A stretch of DNA of 64,000 nucleotides from Phoronis australis. Taxonomy: Eukaryota > Animalia > Phoronida. The DNA lies in contig NMRA01000145.1 of NCBI GenBank assembly GCA_002633005.1, positions 461,898-525,897 on the forward strand. Direction: 5' to 3'. Numbering within the stretch: the stretch's first letter is position 1; each line of letters opens with the position of its first letter. Below the pieces are notes generated by a model. That model saw only the letters and a list, made by a program, of their open reading frames with translations. It was not told where the DNA came from and ran no database searches. The translations under genes were made by a program, and so were the position numbers. Below are positions 24,989 through 38,276 of this stretch, piece after piece.

Positions 24989-27900
24989 AAAAATTGCCTT
25001 TATGTACAACATATCCCAGCCTCTTGGACTTGTATTAAGTTACCTTATACCACTAACACCCAAACAGTTACACAAAATATAGACTGCTCTAAGTAATCTA
25101 GTGCCCTAATGAAAAACCTCGCATGAGGTTCTGGATAGCTTCGAAACAAGTTTAGAAAGGAGGATGACTTGGAAACACCGTTCTTAAACTTTTATAAGTG
25201 GGGCAAGCAAAAATAAGATGCATTTCATCTTCGATTAAATTTTGGCTACCTGTTTTGCAGAATCTTTCATTTAATGGAGATCTGAAAACCACCTCTAATA
25301 GCAAAATTCCTGACCTTGACTCTGCTAACACAGATCTTGATGCAGCGGAACAAATGCATAGCTTTCAATACAGTATTCTGGCTTGAATGTCTTACAGAAC
25401 GTAATAGGTTTCGAGCCAACCAAATCTTTCCAAGCTCTTTCCTCTTCTTAAAAACATGAATAACCAAAATATTTTCATATATATGGTGGTCTCAAAAATT
25501 TGAGGTATGTGGGCCTCTGCCATCAAAACGAGTTTAAGAGTTCCCGAGCTACAATGAAGCGACCAGAGTTGGAGTGAATAACACTGGTGTCGAAATTGAT
25601 AACGTTTTGACAGTGCCCTCAATCAGTGACGGATTGGGAGGAGGGGGGGGGGGGGNATGTCTGACAGGCAAAATCCTGGCTAATTCTCTGCCCTGCCCCC
25701 CACCCCAAATCAAAATCCTGGAGATGCCCTTGTCAGCAGTCTTTAACCCATTTAAACCCACGATGAAAATCAGTTTCTATTACGAAATTGAACGGCCCGA
25801 GACATATTTTGGTTGTACTAAAATTGACCCATTTACCATCATTACATTCTTAAATGCTCTCGTGAGGCACTGCAAATGATATGCGTTCGTATAGGCCTTC
25901 TCGCTAAAGTGATATCGGCTAGCTGTGATGTTTTATGTGAATTGGCAAAAGCACAAAAGGTATGTTTAAGTAAGTCTTGATAGACAATGTACTCGTGATG
26001 GACAATTATTTGTGTACACTATACTCACTCATCCCCTATCATGAGAAAATTTACCTGGTCTCTAGCTACAGCAGTACAGCTCTCGGACTGCTGTTATGTT
26101 TATAACTTATAAAGTTTCAACTTACCGACCCCCTGTTATCACTGCTAGTAGTAAGTAAACATAGGAACTTAACACCCAGCCTAATATTCTGTACACGTAC
26201 ACGCTATAAATGAAATTTTATAAGATACTTAAAGACTTTTCGTTAAAATATTCAAAAACAGCACAAAAACAGTATATGAGAAGACATCGATTTCTTCTAC
26301 ATCCAATATTTATGATTTTACAAAATAATAAGTTGATGTGAAGGTGGTGTATGAATACAAAACTTGTAGTAGTTTTCATTACAGGCTTTGATGTTTTATT
26401 ACAAGCTTTTCAGTTTCATTCTTGCACTTTCGAGAACGTCATGATATTCTCGTAATAGTGGATATAATAGTTTTACAGCTATATCATATAATGAGAACTG
26501 TTTCAGTTTCTCAATTTCATGTCCAAGTGCAAGTTGGTTAAGCAGACGTCACTGGTGTCATCCATTTAAATGAACACCTGTGAGTATAACAAGACACAAA
26601 AATGTCAGTCTTTAATAAAGTTGGCAACTGTTGCCAAGAGAATCTTTGACAATATCAACCTAAATAAGCAATCGTGTTTATTCATTATTTATAGTTTTTC
26701 ATTTGGATGTGTAAACTAAAAATGGTCACTACAATGAATTTAACCACAGTAAACTAATTCTCCATTTTCGTACCAGTATTAAAAGAAACACTCTGAACAA
26801 GATTACTGTACACTTTATATGCATCCCAAAATGAGACTGAAGCTAACCAAGGTGACCTTACAGCGTAGAAATACGCTGATGTCAAAATTTTATAAACTGT
26901 TCTTTTTTCATGGTAGAGTGCAAGCTCTAAATCCATTTGACAATTCAAGGCGTTTCATTGCAACCATCATCATTGTGTTCGATCCCAGAATATGTTTTGG
27001 CTATATATATTCAGTCAAACGTTCCACATATGCTTGGTTAACAATACTGAAGTGAACAGGACAAACACACAGTTGAGCCATATGGCCGTAATTGTGTATT
27101 GGTTCAGTTCCTAGAATCCCATGTAAAGCAGTCTGTACACTGCATGTCCCTTTTTATTCCATTTGTTGTGATAGTAGTCTGTACCCTATTACTACCTTTT
27201 TGTTCTATTTGTTGTGATAGTGTGGGTTGTGACCTACAACCACTTCAGATAGAAACTGAGACTGATTCATATGTGACAGTGGAGATAAAACCAGGAAAAA
27301 TAGATGGGGAACTTCAGTCCCAAGACAGCACCAAAATACCCCACCAACACGTAAAGCTCCGTCATTAAGAGAACAGAAAATAGCTATGCATGTACTCAGG
27401 GTACCTATACAGGGTGCGTGTTCTAAATCATCCAGGGTATTTGATTTATTTTCCCTAGTTAATGGATTGAAGACGACGAAAAGTAAATTTAGCTGTAAAC
27501 AACAGTTTGCCTACCGGTACGTGAAACTTAATTCTTTCTCAAGGAGATCTTATCACTCACAGAGAAGAGGATCAGATGATGGCAAAAAAGTAACGCCAAA
27601 TGAGGTCCACGCTATCATGACAGGAAATGGTGGCAAATCCCAAAGAATTATATCCAATCTCACTAAGTCTTGATCAGCTATAAAATGGCACTTTTGTTTA
27701 ATTCTTATAACAGCAAATCAAAGTATCCCTGGTTTTCAAAGTGGCAGTCCCAGGTGGCCATCTGGTTGTTTCCTACTCTTTTATTTTAGATTATGTTGCA
27801 GGGAACACGCCTAAAATCTGAAAAGCTACATTTCTCTGAAACAAGCTGAACTCTGAAGTTTTTGAAGAGCTTTTTATAAAAGAAAACAATTTGGCTATGG

Positions 27901-28761
27901 GAAAAAGTTCATTTCACTAATAAAATTCACTGAATGGACTAAACAGAAAGGAAAGGTCAAAATTCCAACTGCTAAACACTTTATCAACTTATGAATAATG
28001 AGAACAAAAATTAATAATTTACAGGCGACATTTAAAAATCTTGTTATTGAAGAAAAAGAAGAATACTCCACTCTATATGAAACGTGAACAACTCAGATTA
28101 TTCAAGCCAAAAATAAGTTCCTCGGTTATTCGGACGTAAAGTCACATATAGGTCAGATTCTTCTGCATTTTCATCAAAATTGTAATTTTGTCATAATTGT
28201 TCATTTGTTTGGCTTTGTTTTGGTCTATTGGTCTGCCTGTCATCGCTCAAAAATCACCCAGACCCTGTGTTGGTGCCAGGAATGACATGGTTTTCAAATT
28301 GGTCTTGTTATCTCTTAGTTTACTAAGTTGTCTCTTAATTGAATCATTGTTCACTTTGGATTTACTTTTATATTAGCACAGCAAAAGATTTCAGATATGT
28401 TTCTGTCAACTAGCTTTGTTTTCTGTCGAGTAACTTCTGTGGCCCATCCAGCCTGAGTATCCATGTAATGTCAGAACTGCTCTTTTCTGTAGTAAACATG
28501 TTGATGTCGTAGACCAAGAAGGTCACCCGTCCAAACGTGGTCGGGTGACCTACTTGGTCTACAACTTCGACACATTGCCCATTCGAAGAAGCATTGCTTG
28601 CAAGCGACAGGATGATCATTAACATACATGTATGTTGCAGAAACAGCGGTAGTTGCTTTCTGTATGTCAGGGCACAAGTGATTTCGATTCAATAAAGTGC
28701 CGCTGAATGAAAGCGAGGTCTTAACATATTCTATCTATCCCCGTTTACATGACCCAAACAC

Positions 28762-29439
28762 TTGCAGCCGATTTCATAAAGGTGGTTTGAAGTTAAACGT
28801 GGTTTAAACTGGACGTAGACCAGGTTTAAAGATAAACTGCATTTCATAAAGGTGGTTTAACTTTTAGACCAGTGGTCTAGTAAAACCTGGTTTAACTCCA
28901 GCCTTTTTAGACCTGGTCTAAGTCAGTTTTCATTTCACCAACGATGTCTATATTCTTTAGACCTGTATTAAAATCTTAAACCAGGTTTAACTTTGGACTT
29001 GGTCAGACCCAGGATTACTGTTAAATGTGTCTGACTTGCATGGTATAGGTACAACTGAATGATGCCGCGGAGTGCATTTGCGACGCAGTTTTAGAGCCTC
29101 TAAAACTGCGTCGTAAATGCAAACCACAGCATCAACCAGTTGCACCTATATCGTACAAGTCTGTCATATTTGATAGTTTTAAACCTGGGTCTGACCAAGT
29201 CTAAAGTTAAACCTGGTTTAAGATCTTAATACAGGTCTAATTAAGTAATATATACCTCGTAGGTGAAATGAAAACTGACTTAGACCAGGTCTAAAAAGGC
29301 TGGAGTTAAACCAGGTTTTACTAGACCACTGGTCTAAAAGTTAAACCACCTTTATGAAATTCAGATTATCTTTAAACCTGGTCTAAGTCCAGTTTAAACC
29401 ACGTTTAACTTTAAACTACCTTAATGAAATCGACTGCAA
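28762..29439. mobile_element. About 680-bp near-perfect palindromic foldback/MITE
   Basis: ttgcagccgatttcataaaggtggtttgaagttaaacgtggtttaaactgga... pairs with ...tccagtttaaaccacgtttaactttaaactaccttaatgaaatcgactgcaa. The symmetry centre is near 29097 (gttttagagcctctaaaac). Confidence 0.9.
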
Positions 29440-31657
29440 CACCAGAGCCACTTCACACCTCACTGTTCACATGCTCTGCACTGACATAACAGACGGCTGC
29501 TCCAACGCATTATGCCTTAGTAATTTGTCTCATTATGTCAATTTTAACCTAATGTGTCAATTTTAACCCATTATGTCCATTTCACCCTAATTGAATTGCC
29601 GTTCTAGTCCACCCCAAGAACACTAAACTAGTTAATGGACCAAACTTGACCTCACGAGTCAAAATGGACAGGGTCAAAATTGACATAATGGGTCAGAACA
29701 GATCCGGTTCAAATTGAGACCGACCTTTTGTATCACCAGGTGTGATCAGATCGCATTTTAATCCAACTCTAAATAGCGAGCAGTATTGAACTTTCTTAGA
29801 AAATGTTATCGCTATGAAATGTTTCAAGGCAGAATCAATTAACGCTACAAATTCACTAGCCAACAACCGCTTCCAGGTGAGTGTGACCAAACAATTAAGA
29901 CAAGTAAAAGTTACCTTGCAGTGGGCGTAAACGAGATGTTGCCAACACCCCCCTCCCGATATTAGGCTGCACCTGAATTATGTTCTCGTCTTGGCGTCGG
30001 TAACCTGAACTACGTGTATTGACACATACCTTTTCAATGGTATGGTTTTTCCCATTGTAATTCAATACCATATTGATTGATATCCGTGTGTTCACGCACT
30101 GACTCCACCGGCATTCACAAGTTTATGAATATTAAATAGACGGTATAAATGAATGGGTTCAACTTCTTTTCAGACCTAACTAATCACGTGATGTGCCTAT
30201 AGTGCGTCGTAGGAGAGCATAATAGCCTGGATATTATTCCCCTTTCAGTTTCAGGGTGCTTGCCCCAAGAAATTTGTAGAATAAATTTGTAATAACACGA
30301 ATTGTGGAGTATTAAGAATTCAAGTTGTATTTGAAAACCACCGTGACAAAATTGATTGTTTATGCTGCCAGTACATTGAAGTGTCTTGAAATTTCTAAAA
30401 CTTTCCGATAGTACATGTATGACACGTAAGAAATGCACACGGCCACCCGCACAATCTCACGCCGCTCAGTGAGTGTCGCAAAACAATTCCCTTTCATAAA
30501 TAAATGAAGCTTTCCCAATAATTACTTTCTCGGAACCGATTATTTTGAATTTGTCACAGTGGCATGTTGTCTTTATCTAATTGTCTTCTACACTAGAAAC
30601 TCGTCTACATTTTGTTGCTGTCAGGCCGGACGTCTTGATGCCGCTTTGCGCATGACAATGTTTTGTGCTCTTCTAGAGCAATTCATTGTATTTCTCCTTC
30701 CTCGCCCAAGCAGTATTTCAGTCCCCTCTCTTCGATCTAAACTGTATGTTCTAAACGTTATCAATATGGTGCAAAACAGCTATCCTCGCGTTTGTCTTCG
30801 CACGCTGGTGTATTGCTATAAAACGAGTCCAACTTAATAACTTAAAGAGTTCCCACCATGCATTTTCTTACTTTTTCAGGTTTCAGTTAGCTAATAAGAA
30901 TCGAATACCATAAAATCTTGCTAAATAGGCACTTTTTATGCCAAATAGTCGCAACTTTTTTAATTTTGAAGAAAAAATACTTATTTCTAACTTTCCCGCC
31001 AAATGATGCAATGGGTGGAAGACGGTTGGCCGCTTGACAATCATTTGCAATGTCGGAACACTGCAGGTTAGAAGACAATGACAATATTGGGCGAGAATTG
31101 GACAATTATTATGTAGACAGAGAGGAGAGTGGATACGGGCATCACACTCAAGTAATTGAAGAATCAGACAATGAACTCGATTTCCCACTGAGCGAACTTT
31201 CGTCGGCTTTGAGGCCGTATGAATTCTACCCACTTGCACGAGAAATGACATGTGAGCCACAACCAACTCTACCAAGTGGTGGTCAATACTCACAAAATAG
31301 ACACTTACTAATTACTGACAAAGGCCACAGCAAACCTGGGTTACTCTTATTCACTATTGCCGTGATGGAAAGAGCACAGTCTAAACACAATATGCATAAG
31401 CCTATTTGTAGTAGCACTCGATCTGGGCCGGGGTCCACCCAGGGCCTGGCATCACTCGCCCTAGAATGGAAGCAGTTTGTTCGTTATTTACAAAATTTGC
31501 AAATGCACTTACTTGGTGGTGAGTCCTTCATTGTAACGCCTCTTATGTGTGTGGTCGAAACACGATTCTTTGAAATGTGCCGATCAAAGTGTGGCTTACG
31601 TCAAACTGAATCCCATGTTCCACACTGACACTCCACACTCTTGTTCGGCGCACAATC

Positions 31658-31810
31658 ATGGCCGGCGCGTGGCACAGCACTGAAAAAAGTGGGGGCTAAC
31701 CCCTCCCCCAGCCCTCCTGTGGTGCACCGCCTATAGACCATGGGCGGCTTAGCCCTGAAAAAGTGGGGGGTTATAGCCCAACCCCAGGCCCCTGTAGTGC
31801 GCCGCCCATG
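31658..31810. mobile_element. Short non-autonomous element with CATGG(C/G)CGGCGC inverted ends; relative at about 60085-60240
   Basis: catggccggcgc ... gcgccgcccatg, with two internal gcactgaaaaaagtgggggcta..ccc..gcccc..tggtgc units. Confidence 0.6.
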
Positions 31811-32920
31811 ACAAACCGATGACATTTCTGTGCAACTTTCACGTATTTAGGAAATTTGAACACTAAGACGTTCACAGTCAAGTTGTTGTTACCACAGTTT
31901 CAACAAACGCACCTTTTCATGTCTGAAAAAGACGGCTCCCCGCGGACTTTCTTCACAACTCCTCAGTATCGCACTGGTACGTAAAACAACAACAACTGAG
32001 GCGGTCTTCCACCCATTGCGTACAAACTCGATTACAGAAAAATATATTTTTAAAATTTTTAGCTTGTTTCGTAGCAACAGGTGTACTAAAGGCTATTAAA
32101 TCTGTTAAGATGTAATAATAAAATTCCTTTTGAAACACAGGGTCATGGTGGGAACTCTTTAAAGTACTTTTGTTCACGAATTATTGTTGGATATTGCAAA
32201 TATGCTATTACTCGCTAATTCTAAGCTATAAGTCTCTCGATAAAAATCAACAATCATTTGGTGTGCTGCGTACATTTTAAACAAAGAACATCAACAGGAT
32301 ACATTTTAGGTGTGGCAAAACGCCCCCTTTCATGTTCTGAAAAAACAACCTCATAGGATATATTTGTATTGGAACATCCACCACCCTTTCACTTCTTGTG
32401 AAATTTCACTTTTGAAATCACTGATGTGGGTATGATGAGCAAAATGTAATTTAATACATTGATGGAGATTGCCACTCGTCTTGCGGCGAAGTGCAACGAT
32501 GTAAGATTATCAACTCTTTCCTGGCCTTTCTTGAGAAGAGGTGAATCTATCCCATGGGTGAGTTTAAATTCACCCATCATTTTCCCCAGGTTCATCAGAC
32601 GATAACAGGAGCCTGCTTTGTATTTTAGGCTGCTCCCGAACAGGCAACGGATTTCTGTCTTGGCTCCGAGTTGTAAGCAGATTTTTGACTTGTAGCTTGA
32701 GCCATGCCAAGACTGATTCTTCACCTTAGAATAAAAAGACAACAGACTCTTCCGACAAACAGCCCTTTGATATTACTGAGGTCTGAATAAGTTGGCAGTC
32801 ACTGCGATAGTCGACGAAACGTTTTATTTCGAATAATTGAAGCCATGCCTCTTTAAATAGCGCTCAGATGTTAAGTAGATCTACCATGAACACTTACTTC
32901 CATATGAATTTTCAATCACA

Positions 32921-33009
32921 TTTACCTCGAAGAGACAAACTATCAATCTATCTTTTGCATTCATGAATTTATCTGACCCATCAACTTCAATTCCTTTGCA
33001 TGATTTTAA
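32921..33009 (-). pseudogene. Remnant of the 3' end of another TPR-TIR copy
   Basis: Minus strand reads LKSCKGIEVDGSDKF, versus LKPCRAVEVDGTDKF (copy 1) and LNPFRAIEADGSDKF (copy 2). The DNA aligns with 12582-12675. Confidence 0.8.
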
Positions 33010-34791
33010 GCCCCCACCCCCTCTGTCACACCCAAACGCTCTTGATAAATGACGTATTTTATGAAGTCACCGGTCTCGATTTCAACAAGTGCCTGGCAGA
33101 CAACAGTGAGAATAGGAACTTTGTAATCAAATCACAAAAACAATAGATTTTGGTTTTTCTGCTGAACCTGGTCAACGCTAATAACTTAAAGAAGTCTACC
33201 CCATCCAATATTAATCCCCAAATCGACTGTAAAACCGATAAAAAATTCCATTTAATGTTTAATTTACTTCAGAAACGGACCACTCTTTAGAGTTTCGAGC
33301 TTCCATGTGAGCCTTTTGCTCAAAATTTTGTTGGAAACATTACCCTTTTGTAAAGAAACTGCTGGTGAAAAAGAGACACTTTTCTGTGCGGTACGACCTG
33401 TTTCTCTTCAATGCGAGTGCCCATTAACATAATGAGTGGGGCTAGCTGCTCCCAGGGGCCAACATGGAAGGGGTGCCGAAAAGCTGTATACCCCCAAAAT
33501 ATAAAACCTATGCATAGCAATGTTTTCTGCTTATAAGGTGTGCTTTTTCCTTACGCACCAGTATCACACGAACCAGAATTTGTGAAAATGGTTCAGTTCC
33601 CACAAAAAACATTTGTGGTATTACTTCTATGGTACAATGTCCAAGGCTGTTAAAGTCATTCTTACACCCTCTTAAATGCACGGGCCTTCTAGAGTTCTCA
33701 TGTCATGCATTCCTTTGTCACGAACTTTGTCATTTCTTTCCTCATCAACCGCTGTTCTTACCACTTTGACAGGCTTAAGTGCATGCTTTGTAAACTATAT
33801 CAAAGCTACCTAGACTATGACGAAAGATGCGAAAGGCTTTTTAACACCAACCTGTTCAACAGTACAAAGAGGAGTGACGTGTAAAAATGAAAAAGGGGAG
33901 AAAAAATGAGAATAGTTGGAGGTAGTGGCTCATGTCTTTATCAAGACCGCCGTTCTCGTGGGTATTGAAAAAGGGATGAGATTTCCTGAGATCTCCTGGT
34001 GTGGGTGTAATCAAGATTCAGTAAACAGACCATGAGGTTATCACTGCCATGGCCGTATGATTTTTAAATCACAATTAAAAAAAATTCCGCCACTGTTTGG
34101 CATGATTTTGACAGATGTCGCTTTTTAAAAACATCTTCCTTCCTGCAGAATGAAGAGAAATACTAGTATCCAAATTCCTATAATTTTTTACTTCGACGAA
34201 CGGACATTTTGACTATCTTTGAATCCAGTAACCGCCGTGCAGAGTTGGAACTAATTTAGTCTTCTAGTTATTTATTTGTTGAACAAATTTCATTCGTTTT
34301 GCACGTCCGTTTTGAGTAAAGTTATTCCCAACCAGTCAAGCATATCCAAAATGCTCTAACGTCAATGTTTAAGTTGCTGAATATTAGTGACCTCAAGCCA
34401 AAAAGGATGTACGTGAAAACTTGGACTGCGAATCACAAATAACGTCAGTTAACTTTTTAATGGTGAAAAGAAAGACTGTACAAAGCATAGGAAATAAAAG
34501 GCGTACCGCATTTTCACGTGCTTAATGACAGATTTTGTCAAATTAATGATGGGTCAAATTTCGCTAACACACATGGTTTCAAAAAATATTTCATACAGTC
34601 TCATTACCACTTGCGCTTCACTCATCAGTATGGTGTCATGATAGTTGTCGCAGAAGAGACACATGTGTGTGACTGTTATTCCACTTTGAACGTGACGTAT
34701 TTGTCTTTCGATAGTGCGTGGTGTTCCTCATTTATAGTTTCTGGATGCTTCTTACATGCTACACCTGGACAAGTTATTTTCCCCAACGTTT

Positions 34792-36504
34792 TTAATCACG
34801 TTTATCCAAGCAGTTAACGTCTCTGTTAATTTCGTCGATGTATTTATCAGCGTCAACCTCTATAAGTGAATTTAAATCCCTTGGAATATCTTTACATCCG
34901 GGTAACTTTGCAAGAGTTATGGTGCTTTTATCTCCTCTACTGAACCTGCCATTTATAATAGATTTCAGGGTTACGTTAACTTCTGAATTGCTAGGGAAAA
35001 ATTCACCACTACAGAAAACTAGGATACGGCAGCACGACTTGTCGAGTGTATCCCATGGTTCAAGACTTAATACATCTCCATCAAGAAAAAAGATCCTCAA
35101 GCACAGCTGCTTTTTCAAATTATCAAGTATCGCAACAACTTTATGGATGTCGTCGTCATAGTAAACGAAACCAAAATCGTACTTTTCATCATACTGCCCC
35201 GTAGCTAGCTTTTCAGCTTTACTTCTCATTTTTTTTGCTTCTTCTGGATAATCCATTTTAACATAAATTTTTGCCCACAACTCATACAGCTCTTTGTCTA
35301 GATGTCCGCCATGTTTTTCGGATTGTTGACAACGCCTAATGGCGTCACTGCAATCACCATTCAAAAAATGAGCATCGGCAAGATCCAAATAACAGTGCCA
35401 CAAAATGAAACCCCTTTTAAGGGCATCTTTAAAACAGCCAATGGCTTCTTTGAGCAAATCAGTTTTCTCGGAGGTTTTATCTTGCTCAGGTGTTAACTTA
35501 TACTTCTTAAGATGCCATCGTCCTAGCAAATTGTAGGCGTAACCGTTTTCTGGATCCAATTTGACTGCATCTTTAAAATATTGTTCTGCCTCCACCATCG
35601 ATTCCATATCCATATATACAAGACCTGTTCGTCTCAAAATCACAGGCTTATTGAAACGATTTGCTTTTTCATTCGCTTTTTCCATGCAACTGTGTAGTGT
35701 GCACGCAGAATACCCTTTTGGACAATCTATAACACATTTCAGTTCTTCATATCTTGTGAATCGATCATATCTTGACAAAAGTGTTCCCATGAAACACCAT
35801 GCCTTTGGAACTAGGTCGTTGAATTCCGTCTCTTGTCTGGCAAACTCATCAGCATCCTCGCGTTGGACCGGTTTTTCCATTGTAACTATTCGATAAAAAT
35901 ATTCCATTGATTCTTTGAAGTGTTCAGGCTGTGTCTTTCCATAAGCAGAATCTATGTTGAAGCAAAAGAATGCATATCCAAATAGCCACTCTAACTTTTC
36001 ATTTTCAGGAACTTCACTGCAACCTATTGCCTCTTGAAACAAGCTGCGGATTACTGGAATACCCCCGGGCTGTAGCTGAGCATCAATAGCCGACATAATG
36101 CCCGCCAGTTCATACTTAGCACGGACTATACTCTTTTTTGTCAACAAACCATTTGACAGGATGTCTTTTATTTTCTTCTTGTATTCTTCTACTTCTCGTT
36201 GTTGTTTCATTCCTTCGTAGATATATAGTAGATGAAGAAGTGAGTTAATGTTATTAGCGTCATCACTGACAACTGTTTCAAAGTTTTTAATGGCTTCATT
36301 GCAGTTACCATCTTTATAGTTGAGATAGCCCAGCAAGATCCTTACGATGTGTGTTCGAGCATGCGGCTCTCTTTCTATTTCTTTTGAAAAGCGATCAAGG
36401 CACTCTTTAAGCGTGACTTTCATGTTCAATAGAAAGCGATTTATGAAAAGGCTGTCGATACCGGCTTCATGCAGTTCTTTTACTACGTCCATGTCTTCCG
36501 CCAT
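34792..36504 (-). CDS. TTC22/IFIT-like TPR-TIR protein, copy 3 (570 aa, intact, more divergent)
   Basis: Collinear with copy 2 (AKYELAGIMSA, AWCFMGTLLSRYDR, ILRRTGLVYMDM, YDFGFVYYDDD, ILVFCSGEFF). The acceptor ttattacag lies just upstream of the ATG. Confidence 0.88.
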   Translation of the reverse strand: MAEDMDVVKELHEAGIDSLFINRFLLNMKVTLKECLDRFSKEIEREPHARTHIVRILLGYLNYKDGNCNEAIKNFETVVSDDANNINSLLHLLYIYEGMKQQREVEEYKKKIKDILSNGLLTKKSIVRAKYELAGIMSAIDAQLQPGGIPVIRSLFQEAIGCSEVPENEKLEWLFGYAFFCFNIDSAYGKTQPEHFKESMEYFYRIVTMEKPVQREDADEFARQETEFNDLVPKAWCFMGTLLSRYDRFTRYEELKCVIDCPKGYSACTLHSCMEKANEKANRFNKPVILRRTGLVYMDMESMVEAEQYFKDAVKLDPENGYAYNLLGRWHLKKYKLTPEQDKTSEKTDLLKEAIGCFKDALKRGFILWHCYLDLADAHFLNGDCSDAIRRCQQSEKHGGHLDKELYELWAKIYVKMDYPEEAKKMRSKAEKLATGQYDEKYDFGFVYYDDDIHKVVAILDNLKKQLCLRIFFLDGDVLSLEPWDTLDKSCCRILVFCSGEFFPSNSEVNVTLKSIINGRFSRGDKSTITLAKLPGCKDIPRDLNSLIEVDADKYIDEINRDVNCLDKRD

Positions 36505-38112
36505 TATGAAACTGTAATAAAAAAATGAAATTTAATGCAACACATGTATGGGACATTCGATGGTCTGAAACAATAAATCTTCTGTATTCCACTAAAAACG
36601 CGAATGTGCAAAAAAGGAACTTAATTCTCTTGGTCAAACTTATTAATCTACACCAATTTATGGTCAACAAAATGTCCGAATAATAAAAGGGCGTTCCAAG
36701 ATCAAAGACAGTATACCCACACCAAGTTTACCAGTTGGGTACCAGTTACCAGAAAATACAACCCTTAAATATGAATTGTAACTGGAAATACCTTTATCTT
36801 TTTTGCCAAATTATACTAAAAGACATGGTCACATAACCCAATTAATGCCAGATTGGCACAAAGTTAAAAATGACGGTATAAAGACTTTCCACATTCATAA
36901 ACTATATACTTTTACAGCGCTAATTTGCACAAGTTTCCGATATTATTTGACCATGCTCAGACAAGTTTTTAACTTGTCCTCAGTACTACTCAGCTTATCG
37001 ACCAAAGTCAAAGTTTGGCTTTTAAATTTGAGCTATAGCAGTCTTGTATGTTTTACTGGTACAGTAAATCCACCAAAAGAAAGTACTTCCATCCAACCAT
37101 CCGTGGTGCTAGCCAACTGGCAACACCCTACAAACATGTCTAATGCGCCTGGTTATGAATACCCATTGTGTGACCTAGTTGAATAAGTGTCCGCTTCTTT
37201 CAAGGTCGAGTCGATTCCCATTCTGGCTGGGGCACACTGACCCTGGAGTCAGGTAACTAGCTCCTCAACTCAGCCGGTTTTAACTATTGATTAATAAAGC
37301 ATAAAAATGGTTCTAGGTGATAAGCGCAATGAACCCACCTGCGCACGTCTGATACAACTTGTATCTGATCGCTTTGATGCGTCTGTCAACACTAGTATTG
37401 CTTTTCAGAGCTTGGAGGGTCTTTAAAAAGATAAGATCTTGCAATAAAGTAGAGCAGTATCACAAATGAATTCCAAGCACTTACGTTGCACCAATCAAAT
37501 AACCGTTGCCAAAAGTTCGGTTCCCTTTGCAGTAAATCCTCCCGTCAATATTGAATTCGTGTCTTCGCTCTGGCTCCTACAATGGTCGTCACAGTTTAAG
37601 CTTCCGCGTAGAGTTCAAAGATCAAATAAATGATCTATAGATCTTGAAATTCAATAATAACTACAAATTACTTCTAGAATAAACTTAATGATTCCTCACC
37701 TTCACTAACAATCAAATGATTCCTAACTAAAAAGAAAGCAAACCATACCGATCTTTTGACGATCCATTACTCGACGCGTAAGGTTATTTATGTGTGCATA
37801 GTAACGCGTCTGTGCTGAGGTGTGAAACATCGATAGTATATAACGTAAAGAATTCCGTCTGCCCAGCTCCACTACCGGCCTCAGTTGCACCCATTTCGAC
37901 ACCGACTTTGTCACAGGTAGTGCATCTCACCTTTATTTAGATTCGAATTGTTCTTCCTGTTTCCTCGCAGGCTGTTTTTTTCGCGGACGCGGAGAGTTGG
38001 CCTACTAGTCTTGGCCTTGTGTTGACGTCGGACCGTCGGATTAATTTCACTCCCTCTGTATTCCACCTTAAATATTCTTCTTCGATCGGGCTTCGCTGTC
38101 GCCGCTAAACGT

Positions 38113-38276
38113 GGCAGTGGCGTATTAAGGAGGGGGGCGGGCAAGGGGACCATGCACCCTTTCTCCCAGATTCCATTTGGCATTGACGAGGGTGTGAATA
38201 TCTGACAGGCAAAATCCTGGGGTAATGACTCTGCCCTGACCCCTCCCTTAACTCAAAATCCTGGATCCGCTCCTGC
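38113..38276. mobile_element. Short G-rich non-autonomous element; related partial copy at about 25620-25735
   Basis: gcagtggcgtatt...ggatccgctcctgc ends. The segment tctgacaggcaaaatcctgg...ctctgccctg...caaaatcctgga is shared with 25660-25722. Confidence 0.55.

Noticed and set aside
25095-25150. Hammerhead-like ctaatgaaaaacctcgcatgaggtt (similar weak case at 61575-61625)
   Set aside because: The core is mutated and GAAA is not adjacent to stem II; too degenerate to support.
31050-31628. 192-aa ORF with an acidic N-terminus
   Set aside because: No recognisable motif and no convincing gene structure; left unannotated.
13050-35896. Recurrent short + strand ORFs similar to each other (e.g. 13412, 21041, 35561)
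   Set aside because: They are antisense shadows of the paralogous TPR-TIR coding strands.
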